From Nitrospirota bacterium (lineage in GTDB: Bacteria > Nitrospirota > JACRHL01), in NCBI GenBank assembly GCA_029881725.1, contig JAOUMB010000006.1, positions 2,333-66,332 on the forward strand: a stretch of 64,000 bases of DNA, written 5' to 3'. The notes below the pieces were generated by a model. The model was not told the DNA's origin. It searched no databases and was given only the letters and a program-made list of their open reading frames with translations. Both the position numbers and the translations under genes were made by a program. Positions 40,001 to 48,517 of this stretch are shown piece by piece. The number at the start of each line of letters is the position of its first letter. The stretch's first letter is position 1.

Positions 40001-40453
40001 ATGGAACTGGATATCAAAGAGATCATGCGCGTGCTGCCGCACCGCTATCCGTTTTTGCTGGTGGACCGGGTGGACGAGGTGGTCCTTGGCGAGCGCATCG
40101 TGGCCACCAAGAACGTGACCATCAACGAGCCGTTTTTTCCGGGCCACTTTCCGGGGCATCCGATCATGCCCGGGGTGTTGCTGGTGGAGGCCATGGCCCA
40201 GGTGGGTGGCATTCTGGCCTATAAAACCGCCGAAGCCGCGGCGGGAGAAGGGGACCTTGGCACCAAGCTGACCTACTTCATGGGCATCGACAACTGCAAG
40301 TTCCGCCACCCGGTGGGGCCGGGGGATACCCTGCGCATGGAACTGACCGTGACCAAGTCCCGCCCCCCATACTGGAAACTGAACGGGCGGACCTATGTGG
40401 GCGACAAGCTGGTGTGTGAGGCGGACCTGGCGGCAATGCTGACGGATGGCTGA
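40001..40453 (+). CDS. fabZ: 3-hydroxyacyl-ACP dehydratase
   Basis: [33 protein letters not shown]. Confidence 0.96.
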   Translation: MELDIKEIMRVLPHRYPFLLVDRVDEVVLGERIVATKNVTINEPFFPGHFPGHPIMPGVLLVEAMAQVGGILAYKTAEAAAGEGDLGTKLTYFMGIDNCKFRHPVGPGDTLRMELTVTKSRPPYWKLNGRTYVGDKLVCEADLAAMLTDG

Positions 40454-41237
40454 AATGACTGAAACCGCAATTCATCCCACCGCGTTGGTGGACCCGAAGG
40501 CCGAACTGGGCAGCGGCGTATCGGTCGGTCCGTTCACGGTGATCGGGCCGCAGGTGCGGGTGGGGGATGGATGTGAGATCGGCAGTCACGTGGTGCTGTC
40601 CGGAAACACCACCATCGGTCCCGGCAACCGGATTTTTCCTCACAACGCCATTGGTGGAATTCCGCAGGATCTCAAGTATGCGGGTGAGGACACCCGCCTC
40701 GAGATCGGCGAACGCAACACCTTCCGCGAGTTCATGACCGTGAACCTGGGCACCGAGGGCGGCGGCGGGGTCACCCGCATCGGCAACGGCAACCTGTTCA
40801 TGGCCTATGTGCACGTGGCCCATGACTGCATCATCGGCGACCGCACCATTTTAGCCAACGCGGTGACCCTGGCGGGCCATGTGGAAGTGGAGGACGGCGC
40901 GGTGGTGGGCGGGCTGTCGGCGGTGCACCAGTTCACCCGTATCGGCTCGCTGGCGATGATCGGCGGCTGCTCGGCGGTGGATCAGGACGTGGCCCCGTTC
41001 TGCATGGCCATTGGCAACCGGATCAGCCTGCGCGGTCTGAATCTGGTGGGTCTGAAGCGTCTGGGGCTGTCCCGCGACGATATTCGCATCCTGAAGGACG
41101 CCTATGGCGAATTGTTCACCACCGATCGGCCCCTCAAGGAATCGGTGCAGGTGATTCAGAACAAATGGCCGAAGGACATTCGGGTGGCACGGTTGGCGGC
41201 CTTCGTCGAGGCCAGCGAGCGCGGGGTGTGTCGCTGA
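40446..41237 (+). CDS. lpxA: UDP-N-acetylglucosamine acyltransferase
   Basis: IHPTA, PQDLKY, HVAHDC, LAGHV, VHQF. Confidence 0.95.
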   Translation: MAEMTETAIHPTALVDPKAELGSGVSVGPFTVIGPQVRVGDGCEIGSHVVLSGNTTIGPGNRIFPHNAIGGIPQDLKYAGEDTRLEIGERNTFREFMTVNLGTEGGGGVTRIGNGNLFMAYVHVAHDCIIGDRTILANAVTLAGHVEVEDGAVVGGLSAVHQFTRIGSLAMIGGCSAVDQDVAPFCMAIGNRISLRGLNLVGLKRLGLSRDDIRILKDAYGELFTTDRPLKESVQVIQNKWPKDIRVARLAAFVEASERGVCR

Positions 41238-42388
41238 GCGATTCCCCCTGTCTGTTCCTGTCCGCCTGCGAAGCGTCGGCGGACCTGCATGGCGCCCGGC
41301 TGATGGCGGCGATCCGCGCCCTGCGGCCGGGAGTCCGCTTTGTCGGCATCGGCGGCGACCGAATGATCGGCGAAGGGCTGGAGGCGGTGTTTCATGCCCG
41401 CGACCTCAGTGTGATGGGCATTGTGGAGGTCCTCGGCCGTCTACGCACCATCCGCGCGGCCTTTTCGAAGGCGGTGGCGGCGCTGGGTGCCGGAGTGGAC
41501 CGGGCGGTGCTGATCGATTCCGCATCGTTTAACCTGCGTCTGGCGGAGCATGCCCTGGGTGCCGGCGTGCCGGTGACCTATTTCATCGCCCCCAAGGTCT
41601 GGGCCTCGCGGGCGGGGCGCATGGCCAAAATCCGCCGGGTGGTGGACCATATGATGGTGATCCTCCCCTTTGAACAAAAACTATTTCAGGACGCCGGCGT
41701 GCCGGTGACCTACGTGGGCAATCCGCTGGTGGATGAGCAGGCGGAAGCCCTTGCCGCCGCCCCCGCGGGCGGGTGGAAGCCGTCCAGTTTCGGCCTGGAC
41801 GACGCTCGCCCCACCGTGGCCCTGCTGCCCGGCAGCCGGCCCGGCGAAATCCGCCACATCCTGCCGGGGCTTCTGGCGTCCGCTCAATCCCTGCACTCCC
41901 GCCTTCCACATGCCCAGTTCCTGCTGCCGGTGGCACCCACCGTGGACGGGCCGGAGCTGCGCGCGCGGGTGGCCGGGGCCGGGGTGCCGGTGACGGTGGT
42001 GGCGGGGCAGGCGGTGCCGGTGCTGAATGCCGCCCATGTGGCCGCGGTGGCGTCGGGAACCGCAACCCTGCAGGCGGCGTTGGCCGGAACCCCGTCGGTG
42101 ATTGTGTACCGGGTGAACCCGCTGACCTGGATGATTGCGCGTCCGATGGTCAAGCTGCCGTATGTGGGGCTTTCCAACCTGGTGGCCGGACGCGAGGTGA
42201 TGCCGGAACTGTTGCAAGGGGATTTCCGGCCGGATGACGTGGCGGAGCGGCTGCTCCGCTGGCTTTCGGATCCGCAATCCGCCTCCAGTGCCCGGGAGGA
42301 ACTGGCCACCGTGCGGGAGGTGATGGGCGATCCGGGTGCGCCGGAACGTGGCGCGCGCGCGGTGATTCAGCGGCTGGAGGCGGCGTGA
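41228..42388 (+). CDS. lpxB: Lipid-A-disaccharide synthase
   Basis: EASADLHG, PKVWASR, ILPFE, YVGNPL, LLPGSR, ASGTATL. Confidence 0.92.
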   Translation: MSLSDSPCLFLSACEASADLHGARLMAAIRALRPGVRFVGIGGDRMIGEGLEAVFHARDLSVMGIVEVLGRLRTIRAAFSKAVAALGAGVDRAVLIDSASFNLRLAEHALGAGVPVTYFIAPKVWASRAGRMAKIRRVVDHMMVILPFEQKLFQDAGVPVTYVGNPLVDEQAEALAAAPAGGWKPSSFGLDDARPTVALLPGSRPGEIRHILPGLLASAQSLHSRLPHAQFLLPVAPTVDGPELRARVAGAGVPVTVVAGQAVPVLNAAHVAAVASGTATLQAALAGTPSVIVYRVNPLTWMIARPMVKLPYVGLSNLVAGREVMPELLQGDFRPDDVAERLLRWLSDPQSASSAREELATVREVMGDPGAPERGARAVIQRLEAA

Positions 42389-44139
42389 ACCCGTACTACC
42401 GCAGACTCCTGGCCTACATGCGCCCCTACATGCCGCAGGTGTTCGTGGCCATCCTGCTGTCGCTGATCGTCTCCGGCGCAACCGCATCGGTGGCCTATCT
42501 GGTACAGCCCCTGCTGGACAAGGCGCTGATTGCCGGGGACGCGCACATGCTGGCGATTATTCCGGCCATGGTGGTGGCGGTGGTGTTTGCCAAGACCAGC
42601 GCCAGTTACGCGCAGGTGGTGCTGATGCAGGCGGTGGGGCAACGGGTGCTGCGGGATATCCGCAGGGACCTGAACCATACCGTGCTGCGGCTTCCGGTCA
42701 CCCGCTTCACCCAGACCGGAACCGCCGATCTGGTCAGCCGCATGTTCAACGACGTGGGCGCCCTGCAACGGCTTGCGTCCGGACTGGTGCGGGACATCAT
42801 CCAGAACGGGGTGACCGCCCTTGCGCTGGCGGTGGTGGTGGTTCTTCAGGACCCGGTGCTGGCGATCATCGCGCTGGCGGTGTTTCCCGTTACCATGTAT
42901 CCCCTTACCCGGTTGGCCAAGCGGCTGCGCCAGCGCAGCCGGATCGGCCAGGAGGCGGCCTCGGAACTGACGCGCACGTTTTCGGAAGGGATATCCGGCA
43001 TTCGCGAGGTGAAGGCCTTTGGGGCGGAAGGCCGCGAGGAGGCCCGCTTTGGCGCCGCCAACGCGAGCTACCAGCGCAGTATGGTGCGCCTGATCCGGAT
43101 TGTGGCCATTCCGCCCCCCATGATGGAAATGGTCGGCGTTATCGGCATCGTGGGCATCATCGCCTATGGCGGCGCGCGGGTGCTGGAGGGGGACCTGACC
43201 GTTGGCGCCCTGTTCAGCTTCATTACCGCCTGCATGATGCTGTATCAGCCGGTGCGGGCCCTGTCCGGCTCCTACGCGGCGATCCAGCAATCCCTGGGGG
43301 CGTCGGCGCGGATCTTCGAGCTGATGGACGACGCACGGGAAATCGACCCGCTGGACGCGCAAAAACCGGCGCTTCCGGTGGTGAGCCAGGGCATCTTCTT
43401 CGAGGGGGTGGGCTATGCCTACGAAGGGGGGGATGGCGCCGGGGTCAGCGATATCTCCCTGCGCGCGGGGGTGGGGGAGGTGATTGCCCTGGTGGGCTCC
43501 TCGGGCGCGGGCAAGACCACCCTGATCAACCTGATCCCGCGCTTTCTCAATGTGCAAACGGGTGCCATCCGCATCGACGGGCACGATACGCGGGACGTGT
43601 CGCTGGCCTCGCTCCGTGCCCAGATCGCCATGGTCGGTCAGGAGGCCCTGCTGTTCGACGACACGGTGGCGGCCAATATTGCCTATGGCGCGGGGGAGCG
43701 CGAGCCGTCCGAAGCGGAGATCGTTTCCGCCGCCCGGCGGGCCCATGCCCACGATTTCATCGTCCATCTTCCGGACGGGTATGACTCCCGGGTGGGAGAG
43801 CGCGGCGCCCTGCTGTCCGGCGGCCAGCGGCAACGCATCGCCATTGCGCGGGCCATTCTGAAGGACGCGCCGATCCTGATTCTGGACGAGGCCACCAGCG
43901 CCCTGGATTCGGAGAGCGAGCGGCACGTGCAGGCGGCGCTGTCGGAACTGATGGAGAGCCGCACCACGTTCGTGATTGCCCACCGGCTGGCCACGGTGCG
44001 CCACGCCACGCAGATTCTGGTCATGGACCAGGGCCGCATTGTGGAGCGCGGTACCCACGACGAACTGATGGCCATCGACGGGACCTACCGCCGTCTGCAT
44101 GACCTGCAGTTTTCCCCATCCGCGGGGCAGGCCGGGTAG
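42385..44139 (+). CDS. msbA: Lipid A export ABC transporter
   Basis: Six-TM domain plus NBD (GSSGAGKT, LSGGQRQR, LDEATSALD); lipid A operon context. Confidence 0.9.
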   Translation: MNPYYRRLLAYMRPYMPQVFVAILLSLIVSGATASVAYLVQPLLDKALIAGDAHMLAIIPAMVVAVVFAKTSASYAQVVLMQAVGQRVLRDIRRDLNHTVLRLPVTRFTQTGTADLVSRMFNDVGALQRLASGLVRDIIQNGVTALALAVVVVLQDPVLAIIALAVFPVTMYPLTRLAKRLRQRSRIGQEAASELTRTFSEGISGIREVKAFGAEGREEARFGAANASYQRSMVRLIRIVAIPPPMMEMVGVIGIVGIIAYGGARVLEGDLTVGALFSFITACMMLYQPVRALSGSYAAIQQSLGASARIFELMDDAREIDPLDAQKPALPVVSQGIFFEGVGYAYEGGDGAGVSDISLRAGVGEVIALVGSSGAGKTTLINLIPRFLNVQTGAIRIDGHDTRDVSLASLRAQIAMVGQEALLFDDTVAANIAYGAGEREPSEAEIVSAARRAHAHDFIVHLPDGYDSRVGERGALLSGGQRQRIAIARAILKDAPILILDEATSALDSESERHVQAALSELMESRTTFVIAHRLATVRHATQILVMDQGRIVERGTHDELMAIDGTYRRLHDLQFSPSAGQAG

Positions 44140-44141
44140 CC

Positions 44142-45410
44142 GTGCGCGCCCTGTACAACCTGGGCCTGCTGCTGCTGTTGCCGGTGCTGGGGGCGGCGCT
44201 GGCCTGGCGGCTGCTGACACGGGCCGAATACCGGCCGCATCTGGCCGAACGCTTCGGGGCCGTGCCCCGCTCTCCGGCGGGCAAACGGGTGATCTGGGTG
44301 CATGCGGTATCGGTGGGTGAGGTGATCTCGCTGGTGCCGCTGGCCCACGCGTTGCGCGAGCGGTTCGCCGACGCCCATCTGGTGCTCACCTGTGGCACGC
44401 CAACCGGCCGCGCCATGGCCGGGGAACGGTTGCAGGCGGTGTTTGACGGCATCGCCTATCTGCCCTACGACCTGCCGCCGCTGATGAGGCGTGCCCTGCG
44501 GCGTATCCGGCCCGATCTGATGCTGTTGCTGGAAACCGAGCTGTGGCCCAACCTGCTGGCGGCGCTGCGTGCCCGCCGGGTGCCGGTAGTGCTGGCCAAC
44601 GGGCGGATTTCGGACCGCTCGTTTCCCCGCTACCGGCGGTTCCGGGCACTGGTCGCACCGCTGCTGTCCGGGTTTTCGTCGCTGATGATGCAGACCGCCA
44701 CCGATGCGGAGCGGATAACCGCCCTGGGGGCTCCGGCGGAGCGGGTGGTGGTGGCGGGAAACCTGAAATATGACCAGCCGGTGCCGGTCCCCGATCCGGC
44801 CGCCCGAACGGCCATGCGTGCCGCCCTGGGGCTGGATGAGGACGCACCGGTTCTGGTGGCGGGGAGCACCCACGAAGGGGAGGAAACCGCCGTGGCCGGG
44901 GTGTTCGAGCACCTTGCGCGGCGCTTTTCGGGGCTGCGGCTGGTGCTGGCGGTGCGTCATCCGCACCGGGCGGAGGGGGTCGTTTCCGCGCTGAAGGGAC
45001 TGGGAATCGACGCCGGGCGCAAGTCGCTGGGCGATACGGCGGGCAAGCCGGTGGTGCTGCTGGACACGGTGGGGGAACTGGCCGCCCACTACCGGCTGGC
45101 GACGGTGGCCTTTATCGGCGGCAGTCTGGTGCCGGTGGGCGGGCACAACCCACTGGAGGCGTCCGCCTGCGGCGTGCCGGTGGTGTATGGACCGTACACG
45201 GGTAATTTCAGCCAGCCGTGCCAGGCGCTGGAACAGGCCGGGGCCGCCGTGTGCGCTGCGGATGTGGTGGAACTGGAGGCGGTGCTGGAAAAACTCCTGT
45301 CCGATCCGGACGCCCGCCACCGCATGGGCGCGGCCGGTCAGACCGTATTCGCCACCCACCGGGGGGCCGCCGCGCGCATGGTGGAGCGGATTGCCGGGGT
45401 GCTGGAATGA
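44142..45410 (+). CDS. waaA: Kdo transferase
   Basis: IWVHAVSVGE, ETELWPN, GNLKYD, AGSTH, GGHNPLEA. Confidence 0.95.
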   Translation: MRALYNLGLLLLLPVLGAALAWRLLTRAEYRPHLAERFGAVPRSPAGKRVIWVHAVSVGEVISLVPLAHALRERFADAHLVLTCGTPTGRAMAGERLQAVFDGIAYLPYDLPPLMRRALRRIRPDLMLLLETELWPNLLAALRARRVPVVLANGRISDRSFPRYRRFRALVAPLLSGFSSLMMQTATDAERITALGAPAERVVVAGNLKYDQPVPVPDPAARTAMRAALGLDEDAPVLVAGSTHEGEETAVAGVFEHLARRFSGLRLVLAVRHPHRAEGVVSALKGLGIDAGRKSLGDTAGKPVVLLDTVGELAAHYRLATVAFIGGSLVPVGGHNPLEASACGVPVVYGPYTGNFSQPCQALEQAGAAVCAADVVELEAVLEKLLSDPDARHRMGAAGQTVFATHRGAAARMVERIAGVLE

Positions 45411-46519
45411 CCCCGCCCGGCTGGATTCGGTGGGCGTGGCGCCAGCCGGGCGGTGCGGCGGAACTGCTGCTGTGGCCGCTGTCCCTGCTGGAACTGCTCT
45501 ACCGCGCCGGGAGCACGGTGTCCGCCCGGCGCAAGGCGGCATCCGCCCGCTCCCTGCCGGTGCCGGTGATTTCCGTGGGCAATCTGGCGGCGGGCGGTAC
45601 CGGAAAAACGCCGTTGACCATCCATCTGGCCGAGACGCTGCACCGTCTTGGTTACCGTCCCGGCATCCTGTCCCGTGGATATGGGGGGAGCAATGAGGGG
45701 CATGGGCCGCAACTGGTGGCCGACGGGAACGGCATTCTGCTGACCCCGGCGGTGGCGGGGGACGAGCCGGTGCTGATGGCCCAGTGTCTGCCCGGAGTGC
45801 CGGTGGCCGTGTGCGCGCGTCGGATCCTGGCCGGTCAGCTGTTGCTGGAACGGGCCGGCGCCGACGTGCTGCTGCTTGACGACGGGTTTCAGCACCGGGA
45901 GCTGATCCGGGATGCGGACGTGGTGGTGGTGGACGGGGAGATGCCGGTGGCCAACGGGCGCCTGCTGCCCCGTGGTCCCCTGCGGGAGTCGGCCGGTGCC
46001 CTGGCCCGGGCCGATCTGGTGGTGGCGCGGGTGGGGAGCGAGGTTCCCGAGCGGCTCACCACGGTTATCGGCCGTCATACGGACGCGGCGGTGGTGGCGC
46101 TGCGGAGTGTCGCGGACGGCATTGTGGATGGGGACGGCAACCGGTTGACGCTGCCCGCCGGTTCCCCGGTGGCGGCTTTTTGCGGCATTGGAGAGCCGGA
46201 GCGGTTTCGCGCCACGCTACGGGAGATGCAATTGGACGTGCGCCATTTCGAGGCGTTTGCCGACCACGCGTGCTATCCGCCCCAGGTGGTGCAGCGGCTG
46301 GCGGCGCGGGCACAGGCGTCCGGCGTGAAGGCGGTTCTGGCCACCCGCAAGGACGGCGTGAAGGTGGCTTCCGGGTGGCCGGGTCCGGTTCCCCTGGGGC
46401 TGGTCAGCATTCGTCTCGACCCGCCGGCAGGCGCCGAGGCGGTGGGGGACGTGTGGGTTTCCCGCCTGATGGACCGGGCCGTTCAGCGCTTTCGAAACCG
46501 CACCGCTGCGGGAGCATAA
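45407..46519 (+). CDS. lpxK: Tetraacyldisaccharide 4'-kinase
   Basis: VGNLAAGGTGKTP, SRGYG, GDEP, DDGFQH, LLPRGPLRE, TRKD. Confidence 0.93.
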   Translation: MTPPGWIRWAWRQPGGAAELLLWPLSLLELLYRAGSTVSARRKAASARSLPVPVISVGNLAAGGTGKTPLTIHLAETLHRLGYRPGILSRGYGGSNEGHGPQLVADGNGILLTPAVAGDEPVLMAQCLPGVPVAVCARRILAGQLLLERAGADVLLLDDGFQHRELIRDADVVVVDGEMPVANGRLLPRGPLRESAGALARADLVVARVGSEVPERLTTVIGRHTDAAVVALRSVADGIVDGDGNRLTLPAGSPVAAFCGIGEPERFRATLREMQLDVRHFEAFADHACYPPQVVQRLAARAQASGVKAVLATRKDGVKVASGWPGPVPLGLVSIRLDPPAGAEAVGDVWVSRLMDRAVQRFRNRTAAGA

Positions 46520-46608
46520 CGGGGGAATTCTCCGGGTGGGGGTGCGGTACATGGTAAAAGCCATGTAAAATGGGGCGTTCCAAAAAATTTATAAGCGGGA
46601 GACAGCTG

Positions 46609-47400
46609 TTGAGCGGATTTGAAGGAATCTTGAGTGGTCCGATCCAGTGGATGCGCGACGTACGGCTCGCCAACCGGACCGGCCTGGGCGCCATCGTGGC
46701 GGGCCTGGGGCTGGCGATGGCGGCCAAGCCGAGCCCGGCCCTGTTCGGAGTTGCGGCGCTTCTGGCGCTGACCGGCGCGGTCATTCGTTTCTGGGCCGCC
46801 GGGATCATTTCCAAGAACCGCGAACTGGCCACGGGCGGACCCTATGCCTACGTGCGCAACCCGCTTTATTCCGGCAGCTTCCTGATCATGGTGGCCTTCC
46901 TGATGCTGGTCGGGAACCCGTGGTTTGTGGTTCCGGCGGTTATCGGCACGGGGATTATCTACGTGCGTACCATCCGCTCCGAGCAGGAAATGCTCGAGAG
47001 CCTGTTTGGCGCCGCCTATCGGGATTACTGCGAGCAGGTGCCGTCCATCATCCCGTGGAAGGGGCGGGTGGAGGTAGCCGGCGCGGAGGTGACCTACTCC
47101 CTGGAGCAGAGCCTGTTCAACAAGGAATATGCGGGAACCCTGGGCGTGGTGGCGATGCTCTCGGTGTTCTATGCCTACACCCACTGGATTCCGCAGGATG
47201 CGTTCCGCATCACCTTTGGCGTGGGCCTGACGGCGTTCGTGGTGATTCGCGCGGTGCGCGTTTCCCTGCGCAACGCCCGGGTGCGCAAGCAGATGATGGT
47301 CGAGGCCGCCCGCGCCGCCGAAGAAGCCCGCCAGCGGGGTGATGCGGAGCCCGCCGCCCGCGCCGGGTCGGAGGAAAAACCGCAGGCGCCGGTTGGCTGA
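46609..47400 (+). CDS. ICMT/PEMT-family integral membrane methyltransferase
   Basis: IRFWAAG..K..LATGGPYAYVRNPLYSG, EQEML..FG..YRDYCEQVPSIIP. Start could be 46570, 46609, 46630 or 46651. Confidence 0.85.
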   Translation: MSGFEGILSGPIQWMRDVRLANRTGLGAIVAGLGLAMAAKPSPALFGVAALLALTGAVIRFWAAGIISKNRELATGGPYAYVRNPLYSGSFLIMVAFLMLVGNPWFVVPAVIGTGIIYVRTIRSEQEMLESLFGAAYRDYCEQVPSIIPWKGRVEVAGAEVTYSLEQSLFNKEYAGTLGVVAMLSVFYAYTHWIPQDAFRITFGVGLTAFVVIRAVRVSLRNARVRKQMMVEAARAAEEARQRGDAEPAARAGSEEKPQAPVG

Positions 47401-47413
47401 CCCGGCCCGGCCC

Positions 47414-48517
47414 GTGAAGGACCGCCTGACCATCGTCCAACTCCTGCCGGAACTGAACGTGGGCGGGGTGGAGCAAGGGGTGGTGGATTCCTCCCGCGAA
47501 TACGTGCAGCGCGGCCACCGTTCCATCGTGATTTCCAACGGCGGCCGCCGGGTGCCGGAAATCGAGGGCGATGGGGGGGAGCACATTACGCTGCCGATCC
47601 ATAAAAAGAGCCTTCTCAATGCGTTCCGCATGGTGCCGCGCCTGGCCGCCGTGCTGCGGGATGTGGATGCCGACGTGGTGCACGCCCGCTCCCGGGTGCC
47701 CGCCTGGATCGGTTTTTTTGCCGCCCGGCGTGCCGGGGTGCCGTTCGTGACCACGGTGCACGGCTGCTATACCCACCCCTGGTATTCCCAGGTGATGGTC
47801 AAGGGGGAGCGGGTAATCGCCATCAGCCAGATGGTTGCCGACTACGCGGTACGCTCCCTGGGAGCGGATCGCCGACGCCTGCGCCTCGTGTACCGCGGGC
47901 TGTCGCGGGAACGGTATCCCTATGGGTTCAAACCGGATCCGCAATGGCTGGAGGCGTGGTACCGGGACTATCCCGACACCCGGGGCCGTTTTGTGGTCAC
48001 CCTGCCGGCGCGCCTGACCCGGTGGAAGGGGCAACTGGATTTTCTGACCGTCATGGAGCACCTGATCCGCGCCGGGGTTCCCGCCGTGGGGCTGATCGTG
48101 GGCGGGCCACACCCCCGGCGCACTGCCTTCCGGGACGAAGTCGCCGGAGAGATCGTCCGGCGCGGCCTCGACAAGCAGGTGTTCATGACCGGAAACCGCA
48201 CCGACGTGCGGGAGATCATGGCCATTTCAAACGTGGTGCTGTCCCTGTCCACCGATCCGGAGGCGTTCGGACGCACCAACGTCGAGGCCGCCTCGCTGGG
48301 CATTCCGGTGGCCGGGTACGGCCACGGCGGGGTGGGGGAGACCCTGGCCCACCTGTTGCCCGAGGGGAGTGTGCCGCTGGGCGACACCCAGGGCATCGCC
48401 GACCGGTTGGTCGAATGGTCCCGGACGCCGCCGGTGGTGGCGCGGGAACATCCGTTCACGCTGGAAAACATGGTGGAGCACACCCTGGCCGTTTACCGCG
48501 AGGTGGTGCGTGGCTGA
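47414..48517 (+). CDS. Glycosyltransferase family 4
   Basis: LPELNVGGVE, HARSRVPAW, RLTRWKGQ, EAFGRTNVEA. Confidence 0.9.
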   Translation: MKDRLTIVQLLPELNVGGVEQGVVDSSREYVQRGHRSIVISNGGRRVPEIEGDGGEHITLPIHKKSLLNAFRMVPRLAAVLRDVDADVVHARSRVPAWIGFFAARRAGVPFVTTVHGCYTHPWYSQVMVKGERVIAISQMVADYAVRSLGADRRRLRLVYRGLSRERYPYGFKPDPQWLEAWYRDYPDTRGRFVVTLPARLTRWKGQLDFLTVMEHLIRAGVPAVGLIVGGPHPRRTAFRDEVAGEIVRRGLDKQVFMTGNRTDVREIMAISNVVLSLSTDPEAFGRTNVEAASLGIPVAGYGHGGVGETLAHLLPEGSVPLGDTQGIADRLVEWSRTPPVVAREHPFTLENMVEHTLAVYREVVRG

